A stretch of 46,249 nucleotides of DNA, taken from positions 1 through 46,249 of the forward strand of contig CAYMAH010000064.1 in assembly GCA_964388435.1 (NCBI GenBank), read 5' to 3'. The notes below the pieces were generated by a model. That model was not told where the DNA came from and searched no databases. It was given only the letters and a program-made list of their open reading frames with translations. Positions 16,430 to 25,510 of the stretch are shown one piece after another. Positions within the stretch are counted from its first letter, which is position 1, and every line of letters starts with the position of its first letter. Both the position numbers and the translations under genes were made by a program. The DNA is from Candidatus Micrarchaeota archaeon. Its GTDB lineage: Archaea; Micrarchaeota; Micrarchaeia; Norongarragalinales; UBA8480.

Positions 16430-16714
16430 TTAGTATGTCCTCGCCTTTGACTGTGTGGTTTTATAGCTTTTAATAGCGGTTTTTGCGGGGCCTCCTTTTA
16501 CCGCGCCATCGCGCACGTCGAATTCAGAGCCGTGCCATGGGCACTTGACGATAAAACCTTCAAGCTTTCCTTTGCACAGCGGCCCTCCAAGATGCGCGCA
16601 TTCATTGTCTGTACAATAATTATTGTCTTTTACTTTGAATAGCGCGAGTTCTTTTCCTTTTGCTGAAGCGCAGAGTTTGTCTTTTAAGTCAGCTGCTTTT
16701 GCGACTTTCTCCAT
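16430..16714 (-). CDS. Rieske [2Fe-2S] ferredoxin, apparently frameshifted near the 3' end
   Basis: CAHLGGPL and CPWHGSEFD motifs; the expected C-terminal strand VKGEDILIV lies in another frame ending at 16407. Confidence 0.8.
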   Translation of the reverse strand: MEKVAKAADLKDKLCASAKGKELALFKVKDNNYCTDNECAHLGGPLCKGKLEGFIVKCPWHGSEFDVRDGAVKGGPAKTAIKSYKTTQSKARTY

Positions 16715-16788
16715 GTTTTAAAGAAAACTATTTGAATATTTAAATTTTGCTTTAATAGCAAAAACATTGGATTTGTTAAAATCTGGTT

Positions 16789-17127
16789 TTATTTTTCTAT
16801 GAATTTTTTCAATACGACTGCGTTGTTGCGCTCTTCGTCCCTTGCGGCGTAAAGCATGGTGATGTCTTCTTTTTTTGAGATCAAAGCGAGTTTTTGAGCT
16901 TCTGGGTTTGTCTTTAGCTCGTTTTCATACTTTCTTTTGAATTCAATCCATTTTGAAGGGTCGTGTGAGAACCATTTTCTTAGTTCGTTGCTGGGAGCTA
17001 TTTCTTTCATCCACAAGTCAACTCTGGCCTTGGCTTTTGAAACGCCTCTTGGCCACAACCGGTCTACAAGAATCCTTTTGCCGTCATCTCTTGAGTAACT
17101 CTCGTAAACTCTCTTTATTTTTATCAT
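16789..17127 (-). CDS. DUF488 family protein (YeaO-like)
   Basis: IKIKRVYE...[17 protein letters not shown]...[17 protein letters not shown]...NNAVVL. Confidence 0.9.
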   Translation of the reverse strand: MIKIKRVYESYSRDDGKRILVDRLWPRGVSKAKARVDLWMKEIAPSNELRKWFSHDPSKWIEFKRKYENELKTNPEAQKLALISKKEDITMLYAARDEERNNAVVLKKFIEK

Positions 17128-17151
17128 AAATCAACTTTGCATTCAAGGTTT

Positions 17152-17638
17152 TTATATTTTGCCTTTTGTTTCGATTTTATTCAATAAATAGTCAAAAACA
17201 ATAGTTCCGAATAAAGCGTTCTTAAGTTTTCTTACCTTCAAACCTCCTTTCATATTTCCAAGGCTTTTGCCTATGAAACTTCCAATGCGATAATCCATTA
17301 TTCCAAGGTCAAAGTTTTTCAACTGATAAGAGAGTAAACAGTCTTCGTAAAGGTTTATGAAAAGCTCGTTGAATTTTATTTTTTTGAACACGTCCTTTTT
17401 TTATTATTGAAAAGTCGCCCATGTTGTAGAATGCAATTTTCTTGAACCTGCTTAGAAAGATAAGCCTCCACCACATCCTGAACACGCTCTGGTGGTTTGG
17501 GAATATGGAATACACGAATTTTTTAACTTTGAACGCGTCCGCAATTTTCAGAATTTCTCTAAGGTTACTGTCAACAACTTTGGCTGCCCTGCTTTTTAAA
17601 TGTTTCATGCGAGTTTGATGCGGTGATTTATTAATCAT
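17152..17638 (-). pseudogene. Hypothetical protein split by a frameshift in an A7 run
   Basis: ORFs 17309-17638 and 17152-17391 join into one frame if a single A is removed from the run at 17396-17402. Confidence 0.55.
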
Positions 17639-17691
17639 ACCTTTTTCTCAGGGAAAAGCGATTTTAACTTATTTGTTTTAAATTTTAAGCA

Positions 17692-17766
17692 GCTCCGATC
17701 GTCTAGACCGGCCAAGGATATGGGCCTTTCAAGCCTAAGACTCGGGTTCAAATCCCGATCGGAGCA
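17692..17766 (+). tRNA. tRNA-Glu(TTC)
   Basis: GCTCCGA/TCGGAGC acceptor stem, anticodon loop CTTTCAA, GGTTCAAATCC. Confidence 0.96.
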
Positions 17767-17816
17767 TCGCGTTTGATTGAAAGTTTTTTAAACCTTGGTG
17801 TTCTTTCTCTATTAAC

Positions 17817-18635
17817 ATGGACAATCACTTCATAATTCTAATAAGTATAATAACATTTGGTTTTATAATATTAGTTTTATTTTCAGTGAATAACTTTATT
17901 ATAAGCGGTTCAAACGTTAAAAACTATAATTATAATAATTCAAATACTATAAGCGTGAGCGCTACCGGAATGGCAAGCAGTGCTCCTGACGAGCTTACGA
18001 TAATTCTTTCAGCCAAAGTCGATAGTCCATCCCCTCAAAACGCGGTTAGTGGCTTGGCAGCTATGACAAATAGTGTGTTGAACAGTCTGAAAAATTTTAA
18101 TGCTGAAAGCGTTCAAACAAGCTCTTATAATCTTTATCAGAACACCTACTGTCCGCCCGAATGCCAGCCGTTCCAGCCAATGTCAAGCATCACAGTTCAA
18201 TCTACCGTTTCAAACCTGAGTTTAATTCCAATCAACTGCAGGCCGTGCATAGCGAACGGAACGTATGAAGCGACAGAGGAAATAACAATAAAAACATTAA
18301 ACCTATCAAGCGGTGGGAATATACTAGACGCCGCAGTGAATGCTGGAGTCAACAACGTGGAAAGTGTGAGTTTTGGATTCTCAGATAAAGAAAACAACCA
18401 GCTTTCTCTTCAAGCCTTGAACGATTCACTATTAAAAGCCGAACAGAAAGCCCAAACAATAGCATCGGTGCTTAACCTCAAAATAACTGGAGTTCAAAGC
18501 GTGAACCTAAACTCGTACTATTACCCCCAACCGTTTGTTTTGGCAGCGTCAATGATTAAAAACACTGGAACTAATATAATTCCGGGAAACCAATCAGTAA
18601 CCGCGAATGTAGAAGTGGTTTTCTCAACAAGCTGA
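17817..18635 (+). CDS. SIMPL (DUF541) domain protein, membrane anchored
   Basis: TISVSATG...APDE, ILDAAVNAGVNNVESVSFG, AEQKAQTIA, IIPGNQSVTANVEVVF. Confidence 0.88.
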   Translation: MDNHFIILISIITFGFIILVLFSVNNFIISGSNVKNYNYNNSNTISVSATGMASSAPDELTIILSAKVDSPSPQNAVSGLAAMTNSVLNSLKNFNAESVQTSSYNLYQNTYCPPECQPFQPMSSITVQSTVSNLSLIPINCRPCIANGTYEATEEITIKTLNLSSGGNILDAAVNAGVNNVESVSFGFSDKENNQLSLQALNDSLLKAEQKAQTIASVLNLKITGVQSVNLNSYYYPQPFVLAASMIKNTGTNIIPGNQSVTANVEVVFSTS

Positions 18636-18652
18636 AAAAAGGTTTGAATAAA

Positions 18653-19180
18653 ATGAGGTTTGGAATCGTCGACTGTATTGAAAATGACTATGATGTCTTC
18701 CCAGCGGTTGAAGCAACCGCGTCTAAACTTTCGGAAATTTCAATCCAAAGAATAACCGCGCCCGACATTCTTAAAACCCCCATTTGCGCCAAAAAGCTCT
18801 TCGCTGAAAATGTTGATTCTGTGATAATATTTTTAACGCTAAGCGAAGAGGATAAGGACTCGATGAATCTCGTGGTTGAAAAAATGATGGGTGTGGAGTT
18901 GGAATTTTCAAAATATGTTTTTTACGTTACTGTTTCAACAGACTCTTTCAAAAACAAGGATGATTTCATAGATGAGATGAGCAAAAAATTCGAGCTGGTT
19001 TTCAATCTTATAATGGACGCTCTTAAAAACCCTTCTTCGGTATCTGAAAAAATAGGGTCGGAGCAGAGCTCAGACTTTCAAAGCTTCTCGGCGTTCGCTA
19101 TGTTTAATGAAGAAAATGAACGTTCAAAGCCAGGCGAAAATCAAAGCGAGGTTATAGACTCGCACAGCCTTTTCGGGTGA
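18653..19180 (+). CDS. Divergent archaeal riboflavin synthase (RibC)/lumazine-synthase-fold protein
   Basis: MRFGIVD...IQRITAPDILKTPICAKKLFAENVDSVII...DK parallels RibC (IGIVDTTFAR...RRTVPGIKDLPVACKKL...DK) with conserved motifs altered. Confidence 0.55.
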   Translation: MRFGIVDCIENDYDVFPAVEATASKLSEISIQRITAPDILKTPICAKKLFAENVDSVIIFLTLSEEDKDSMNLVVEKMMGVELEFSKYVFYVTVSTDSFKNKDDFIDEMSKKFELVFNLIMDALKNPSSVSEKIGSEQSSDFQSFSAFAMFNEENERSKPGENQSEVIDSHSLFG

Positions 19181-19516
19181 TTGCTTAAATTGAATTTAAA
19201 AAATGTTTTGAAGAGAAAAACCGTTGAAATAGCGCTAAAAAAAAACTTGTACAAGGTATGCGCTTTTAAAAGCACCGGCAAAACCTATAAACTGGTCTAC
19301 GCTTCGGTGACAAACATTGAAAATGGTTTTGATAATTTCATCCCGCTTGGAATAGCGGATAAGATCACAAAACTCAACGGCCAGAATTTTGACCTTGTTT
19401 TTTTCCACCCTCTTGACATCGAAGAGCAAGTTCCAGCTGCTGAAAAAATATGCAAGATAGATAATCTTAGACAACTTAAAAAAGGAAGGGTGGCGGTTAA
19501 AATCAAGAGTCATTGA
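19181..19516 (+). CDS. Hypothetical protein
   Basis: 111-aa ORF directly abutting the upstream gene in an operon-like arrangement. Confidence 0.5.
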   Translation: MLKLNLKNVLKRKTVEIALKKNLYKVCAFKSTGKTYKLVYASVTNIENGFDNFIPLGIADKITKLNGQNFDLVFFHPLDIEEQVPAAEKICKIDNLRQLKKGRVAVKIKSH

Positions 19517-19517
19517 T

Positions 19518-20702
19518 TTAATCCTGCTTTTTGAAGAACCTGCTGTAAAGAAGACCGTTTGCAATTATAAGAAAACCTCCGCCAATGAAAGAAAAAGCGT
19601 ACAAACTCCCCTCTAAAAGAAAAGAGCTAAGGTAAGTGGTGGTGGCGTACGGAATGTTTCTTGAAAAACCCTGAATCGCACTTCCTGTTGTCCTCTCCTC
19701 GCTGCTTATGATGTCCATTGAAAAAGACTGGTTGATTGGAATTGAAACAGAGAAAATCCCGTTAAAAGTCCAGAACAGCACCACGCTCAAGTAAAATGAA
19801 GCGAATGGAAAAGCTATCATAAGCAGCCCTGCCAAAATGCTAGAGTAGATAAGTGAGTTGAGCGTTGTGAATTTTTTTTCAACCAGCGGGCTATAATAAT
19901 AAAGAATGGTTGAAATCAACGCGCTTATTCCAAAAACAACACTCAGAACTGTTGGAGTGGCGTTGAACTGCAATGCAAACCAGAGCGAAATATAAGGCAG
20001 GATAAGTCCTTGTGAAAATCCCCTTATCATCGACAGGATTGAAAGTTTTTTAACCTGTGTTTTAGACTTTTTTGGGAGAAAACTATCCATTTTTTTCCTG
20101 TCCTTTTCACTTAAATTGAACAGCAAAATTATTGGAATCAAAGTCAAAACAAAAAGAAAAATAAAAATAATTTTATAAGCTTCAATTGAATTGAAAGCAA
20201 CGCTAAGAAAGTCAGGCGCTCCGACTAAAACAGAACCGGCAATCCCGGCGATCGAACCGTAAAGCATGAAATTACTGAACATTTTTGTTCTATTGCCTTC
20301 GTTTGTTTCATCCGCTATCATGGCGTTTACAATAGCCTGAAAAGGCCCAAAGCCGCTGCCTCCTCTTCCAACCGCTCCTCCGGCTATTCCTCCGATTGCA
20401 ACAGCTATTCCCATAAACAAAGGATTTGTAGTCAAGCCTAGTATGAGCAGGGATAATGGCATCATTAAGCTTGACAGTATCAAGGCTTTTTTTCTTGAAT
20501 GTCGGTCAGAGTAAATTGAAAGAAGAACGGAAATCGAAGCTGAAAAAACTATTGACACGGTGAAAATCAATCCGATAAACAAAATATTCTTAGTTATAAT
20601 GTACAAGTAAATAGGCATTATAATGTTGAGATAAGCAAACGCCAAGCTTCTGACTACCCTGGTGGTAAGCAGCGACCCTAAATTGTAATTAAAATCCTTC
20701 AT
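19518..20702 (-). CDS. MFS transporter
   Basis: About 12 hydrophobic segments; motif A-like SIYSDRHSRKK. Confidence 0.88.
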   Translation of the reverse strand: MKDFNYNLGSLLTTRVVRSLAFAYLNIIMPIYLYIITKNILFIGLIFTVSIVFSASISVLLSIYSDRHSRKKALILSSLMMPLSLLILGLTTNPLFMGIAVAIGGIAGGAVGRGGSGFGPFQAIVNAMIADETNEGNRTKMFSNFMLYGSIAGIAGSVLVGAPDFLSVAFNSIEAYKIIFIFLFVLTLIPIILLFNLSEKDRKKMDSFLPKKSKTQVKKLSILSMIRGFSQGLILPYISLWFALQFNATPTVLSVVFGISALISTILYYYSPLVEKKFTTLNSLIYSSILAGLLMIAFPFASFYLSVVLFWTFNGIFSVSIPINQSFSMDIISSEERTTGSAIQGFSRNIPYATTTYLSSFLLEGSLYAFSFIGGGFLIIANGLLYSRFFKKQD

Positions 20703-20808
20703 GATTCAACGCTTTTTTTTTTAAACTCTTTTAGGTTTTAATGCGTGAATATTTAAAATAACAATCATTGATTTTTTTTTGAAAATATGCTTAAACTAGA
20801 TTTCCAAT

Positions 20809-21288
20809 TTAGCTTGGAAGGCACTCTCCGGTTTGAGCTCCGCTTGTCACGCATTTCAATCCGCTTCCGCACCCGCAGGCTGGAATGCCAAGCGTTGGAT
20901 TCCCATTACAGTCATAAATAAAAGTATGGCTTATAGTGCAGTATTGACCTTGGTTGTTGCACTCTTCGACGGGAGTTCCATCATAGCAAAAACCTGAGAT
21001 TGTTTTAGGAGGCGTTGTTTGATTTGAAATGTTGGTATTGGTTGTATTTGAAGTGGTGGAATTCTGAGCTGGCTGGGGCTGGCTTTTATTGACTGAAACT
21101 TGCGAAGTATTATTTTGAATTGTGGTTTGATTATTAGTGATTTGCGGTGGTTGTTGATAAAACTCAAAACCTAGCATTATGATTATCAAGACAACCAGAA
21201 TTGCTATCCCAATAACAAGAAGGTTTTTTTGTTTGTGGCTAGACCCTTTTACCTTTTCATGCTCGGCTTTCATTTTGTGCTTTGCCAT
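20809..21288 (-). CDS. Membrane-anchored protein with Q/N/T linker and Cys-rich C-terminal domain
   Basis: Basic N-terminus, single TM, low-complexity linker, 8 Cys in the last ~60 aa. Confidence 0.7.
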   Translation of the reverse strand: MAKHKMKAEHEKVKGSSHKQKNLLVIGIAILVVLIIIMLGFEFYQQPPQITNNQTTIQNNTSQVSVNKSQPQPAQNSTTSNTTNTNISNQTTPPKTISGFCYDGTPVEECNNQGQYCTISHTFIYDCNGNPTLGIPACGCGSGLKCVTSGAQTGECLPS

Positions 21289-21426
21289 GCTTAAATTATT
21301 AACAGCACTTCTTTAAAAAAGTTTTGAATCTCCGCGTTTTTTGATAAATTGCATTTAATACCGATCTTTGGTTTTAAATTGCTGCTGGTTACGCTTTTAT
21401 ATTGGTTTGTTCAATAATTTTTTTTA

Positions 21427-23085
21427 ATGAACAAGGTAACTGCTGTTTTTATTATACTTTTTATTTTTTTGATAGTATCGCCTTTTGTTATTGGTTTTTT
21501 CAAGTTGCCTCCTGAAGCTTATTCCCTGCCTTTCTATGGGTTGAGTTCGCTTCTTAGAATGTCAATAGCTTTCGTTTTGAGTTTGGTGTTTGCTTTCTTT
21601 TATGGTTATTACGCTGCCACAAACAAGCTTGGAGAGAAGATTTTGATTCCGCTTTTGGATGTGTTGCAATCGGTTCCTGTCCTTGGATTTTTCCCGGCTG
21701 CAATAGCTTTTTTCATTTTATTTCTAAATGGAAGCTCGGTTGGAGTTGAACTTGCAGCGATTTTCTTGATTTTCACTTCAATGGCATGGAACATCGCGTT
21801 CGCGGTTTATGAGTCGATAAAAACAATACCCACGGAGTTATCAGAAGCGACTAGCCTTTTCGGTTTGAACAACTGGCAGAAATTTCTCAAGCTTTACCTT
21901 CCAGCTTCAATACCTAAAACCGTTTACAATGGAATATTATCATGGAGTGCGGGTTGGTATTTTTTAGTTGCTTGTGAGATTATATCTCTCGGTTCTAAAA
22001 CCTACTCGCTTCCCGGTATTGGAAGTTTTTTGGTAAACGTTGCGGCGAAGGGCGATTTCACTGGCTTGTTGTTAGGACTTGCTTTTCTTGTGCTGATGAT
22101 TTTTGCTTTCAATTTTTTGGTGTGGCAGCCGTTGAGCGTTTGGAGTGAAAAATTCAAGTACGAGGACGTTTCATACTCCGCCCAGGAGACTCTTTGGAGT
22201 TCTTTTTTTAAGAGCTTTCCTTTTCTTGTAACAATAAAAGGAAGAGCAATGCAAGCGCTTGAAATCGCTTATTCTTTTCTTTACAAGATTTCAAACCCGT
22301 TCAGGAAATTCTATTTCAAGCATGTTGAAAATGAAATACCCTTAATTAAGAAAGCGCTTTTCTATGTTCTTATCTTGATTTTCGCATATTTTTTAATTGA
22401 ATTGATTTTGTTTTTTTCAGGTGTTTTCTCCTCAACCCTTCCGGCAGGCTCTGCTTTGATTCCTGAAAGCTTGTTGTTTTCTTTTGCCAGGCTTGTCCTG
22501 TCATTCATTTTAACCTGTTTTATAACAATACCTTTGGGAATTTACGTTGGATTGAAAGGATCCAAAAAATTGTTGTATTTTTTAGAGGCTTTGTCTGCAA
22601 TTCCGGCTACGGCTTTGTTTCCTGTAATGATAATAGTAGTTTCCGCTTTTGCGGGTTTTGAGTTTTCTGTTATTCTTTTGATTCTTACTGGGATGATGTG
22701 GTATGTTTTTTTCAACGTTGTTGCAGGCGTGTCTTCAATACCGCAGGAGTTCAAGGACGTCCGGAAAATATTCGGACTTGACTTGAAATCTTATTTGACT
22801 AAAATAGTAATTCCACAAATGATTCCCTCATTCATAACCGGAAGCATAACCGCTTTCGGAGGTGGGTGGAATGCTCTCATAGTGGCTGAGTACATAAACT
22901 TCGGCGGAAAGATTTTGAAAGTGAATGGGATTGGAAGTCTTATAGATGTTTCAGTATATACTTCAAGCAATGTCAAACTCCTGGCTTTAAGCCTGCTTGC
23001 CATGACATTATTTATAATATTGATGAACTTGCTTGTATGGAAAAAACTTTATAAATGGGCTTTCAAACATTATTCAATAAATTAA
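21427..23085 (+). CDS. ABC transporter permease (nitrate/sulfonate family, duplicated domains)
   Basis: LDVLQSVPVLGF, WNIAFAVYESIKTIP, GGGWNALIVAEY. Confidence 0.9.
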   Translation: MNKVTAVFIILFIFLIVSPFVIGFFKLPPEAYSLPFYGLSSLLRMSIAFVLSLVFAFFYGYYAATNKLGEKILIPLLDVLQSVPVLGFFPAAIAFFILFLNGSSVGVELAAIFLIFTSMAWNIAFAVYESIKTIPTELSEATSLFGLNNWQKFLKLYLPASIPKTVYNGILSWSAGWYFLVACEIISLGSKTYSLPGIGSFLVNVAAKGDFTGLLLGLAFLVLMIFAFNFLVWQPLSVWSEKFKYEDVSYSAQETLWSSFFKSFPFLVTIKGRAMQALEIAYSFLYKISNPFRKFYFKHVENEIPLIKKALFYVLILIFAYFLIELILFFSGVFSSTLPAGSALIPESLLFSFARLVLSFILTCFITIPLGIYVGLKGSKKLLYFLEALSAIPATALFPVMIIVVSAFAGFEFSVILLILTGMMWYVFFNVVAGVSSIPQEFKDVRKIFGLDLKSYLTKIVIPQMIPSFITGSITAFGGGWNALIVAEYINFGGKILKVNGIGSLIDVSVYTSSNVKLLALSLLAMTLFIILMNLLVWKKLYKWAFKHYSIN

Positions 23086-23114
23086 TGATTAAATAAAATT
23101 AAAATGATGAAAAA

Positions 23115-23864
23115 ATGAGTTTGCTTGAAGTGAGAAGTGTTTCAAAAATAGTGAAAAGCGGAGATCGGAAAATAACCATTTTCGAAAACCTCTGCTTTGA
23201 AATTGAAAGGGAAGAGTTTGTCGTTCTCATAGGCCCTTCAGGATGCGGCAAAAGCACTTTGTTGAGGATGATTACTGGATTGGAAAAGCCCGATTCTGGA
23301 GGAGTTTACTTTCAGGGAAAGCAGGTTATAAATCCTAACAAAAGCATCTCTCTAGTCTTTCAGTCGTTTGCTCTCCTCCCATGGTTGAATGTGTTTGAAA
23401 ACATAAGCCTGGGCCTTGAAGCTGCGAGGCTTCCAAAACAGTTTATAAAAGACAAGGTTGAAAAGTATATAGATAAAGTTGGTTTAGGAGGGTATGAAAA
23501 CGCCTATCCTAAAGAGTTAAGCGGTGGGATGAAGCAAAGAGTGGGTTTTGTAAGAGCTTTGGTGATGGACCCTGAACTGCTTTGCATGGACGAGCCTTTC
23601 TCGAACGTCGACCCTCTGACCGCCGCCAACCTGAGAGATGAACTTTTATTACTTTGGAGCGATAAAAACTTTCCCTTGAACTCTATAATACTAGTCACAC
23701 ACAATATGGAAGAAGCGGTTTATATGGCTGACCGGGTGATAGTTTTCAAAGGCCGGCCAACGAGAATAGTTGAAACTGTTAAAGTGGATCTTCCAAGGCC
23801 TAGAGATACTAAAAGCAAGGAGTTTAATGACTACACTGAAAAGCTCTATGGCCTGCTAACGTGA
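23115..23864 (+). CDS. ABC transporter ATP-binding protein (NrtD/SsuB family)
   Basis: GPSGCGKST, LSGGMKQRV, LCMDEPF, VTHN. Confidence 0.93.
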   Translation: MSLLEVRSVSKIVKSGDRKITIFENLCFEIEREEFVVLIGPSGCGKSTLLRMITGLEKPDSGGVYFQGKQVINPNKSISLVFQSFALLPWLNVFENISLGLEAARLPKQFIKDKVEKYIDKVGLGGYENAYPKELSGGMKQRVGFVRALVMDPELLCMDEPFSNVDPLTAANLRDELLLLWSDKNFPLNSIILVTHNMEEAVYMADRVIVFKGRPTRIVETVKVDLPRPRDTKSKEFNDYTEKLYGLLT

Positions 23865-23917
23865 AAAAATTTAATAAAAAAACATTTAAAAAGATGAAAA
23901 TACAATAAAAAAATAAG

Positions 23918-24397
23918 ATGGAATTGAATTTGGCGGAATTACCTGAAACAGGCATTTCAAAAATAATAGGTTTGCTTGAGCTTGTGCATGACAACAACGA
24001 CAAGATTGACGTGGACGATCTGGCTGAAAATTTAAGACTGGATGTTGATGATCTGCTGCCTGTTGTTAAAGGAGGGGAAATGCTTGGGCTTTTAAAAGTG
24101 GAGAAAAGCACTGTTTTTCTGACTGGAGAGGGTTTGAAGTTGATATTAATGAAAATACCTGAAAGAAAGAAGGAGATAAGAAAAATAATGCTGAAACTGG
24201 ATTTTTTCAAAAACTTTGTACTGGAAATAACCACAAAGAAGAAGCTAAATAAAAAAGACGTTCTGAAATTCATTAAAAAAGAAATGAGTGTTAAAGAAGA
24301 GGAAAAATTCATTAAAACCATAATTGAGTGGGGAAGATACGCTGAATTGTTCAACTACACGGACGATGATGGAATATTCAACATGGTGCGGGAGTAA
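23918..24397 (+). CDS. Stand-alone AAA-associated C-terminal domain protein of nitrate/sulfonate ABC ATPases
   Basis: IIGLLELV...DLAENLRLDVDDLLP...IEWGRYAELFNY. Confidence 0.8.
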   Translation: MELNLAELPETGISKIIGLLELVHDNNDKIDVDDLAENLRLDVDDLLPVVKGGEMLGLLKVEKSTVFLTGEGLKLILMKIPERKKEIRKIMLKLDFFKNFVLEITTKKKLNKKDVLKFIKKEMSVKEEEKFIKTIIEWGRYAELFNYTDDDGIFNMVRE

Positions 24398-24403
24398 AGT
24401 AAA

Positions 24404-25321
24404 ATGAATCTGAAGAAATTCGCATTGCAATGCAATGACGTTCTAAAGCCTTTCAGCCATACTGACACTCTTCTGTTCTATGGAATAATAAGCCAAAGCC
24501 TCAAGAATTATCTTGCAGGAAAGGAAATAGCTGCAAAAAATTGGATTCCACACGGAAACATTCCTTTTTTAATAAAAAGAGGGTCGAAAGAAAAGCCGCT
24601 GCGTGTTGAAGAATTCAAAGAGGTAACAGTAGACTTTCTGAAAATAAGAAGCGATAAAGAGCACTTGGATGAAGCAAAGGGGGAGATAAACAAAACCCAG
24701 GAAAAGCTATGGAATTATTTTCTCCCTAGAAAACTGTCTGATTTTTTCTACGCTACAAACTCTGAAAAGCCTGGCGAGAATTTGGACAGGATTTTCTTCG
24801 ATATCGATAAGGGAGATAAAAGCACTTCAGAACAATGTCGGCAGGTAGTGAAAAATCTTGTTGAAGTTATTGACGAGGATGAAAGTTTTGAAGAAATAAG
24901 GAAAAAAATAAAATCCAGGCTGGTAAGCTGGACTGGAAACTCTTTTCATTTAATGTTTTTTCTTAAAAAGCCTGAGAAAAACGATTTCTACGTTGAAAAT
25001 TTTCAATTCTCTAAAAACGATCCCTTGAAAAGCTTCACAGGGAGGTGGGTTGAAACCCTTAAAAAACAGGGTTTGAAAGTGACTGGCGGGCACGAGAAAA
25101 CAGATTTTATTATAATAGACCCCTCTCAAACGCCTTCAGGAAAGCTTTGCAGGGTTCCGCTTGGCTCCTTGCACATGAAGGACGCTTTAACTGTTGACGG
25201 GGTTTCAATACCGCTTGAAAATAAAATGCTTGAAGAGAAGAATCTTGTCGATCATCTTAAAACTTACACTCCAATGAAAGTGGTGGAAGAGCTTGATGAA
25301 CTTTCAAAGAGGCTGCCCTGA
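24404..25321 (+). CDS. Archaeo-eukaryotic primase (AEP) superfamily polymerase, LigD PolDom/Prim-Pol-like
   Basis: DRIFFDID (motif I), SWTGNSFH (motif II), IIIDPSQTPSGKLCRVPLGSL...VSIPL (motif III region). Confidence 0.65.
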   Translation: MNLKKFALQCNDVLKPFSHTDTLLFYGIISQSLKNYLAGKEIAAKNWIPHGNIPFLIKRGSKEKPLRVEEFKEVTVDFLKIRSDKEHLDEAKGEINKTQEKLWNYFLPRKLSDFFYATNSEKPGENLDRIFFDIDKGDKSTSEQCRQVVKNLVEVIDEDESFEEIRKKIKSRLVSWTGNSFHLMFFLKKPEKNDFYVENFQFSKNDPLKSFTGRWVETLKKQGLKVTGGHEKTDFIIIDPSQTPSGKLCRVPLGSLHMKDALTVDGVSIPLENKMLEEKNLVDHLKTYTPMKVVEELDELSKRLP

Positions 25322-25510
25322 CAAAACAGCTCGACTTGCCGCTTCACCAAAACATCCGAAGCGTTTTGAATTCACGCAATAGAATCGAAAAAAAACGAAG
25401 CACCGCAATCCTAAAATGCCAACGAGAAAGCCGCAAATACCGGTAAACGCGGCTTAATTTACCCCTTACAAAGAAAAAAAATAAAAAGTAAAGGGTAAGC
25501 ATGTTGATTT

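Noticed and set aside
25322-25510. Two hairpins between the AEP gene and serS as an ncRNA
   Set aside because: Adequately explained as terminator-region structure between convergent genes; no recognisable RNA motif.
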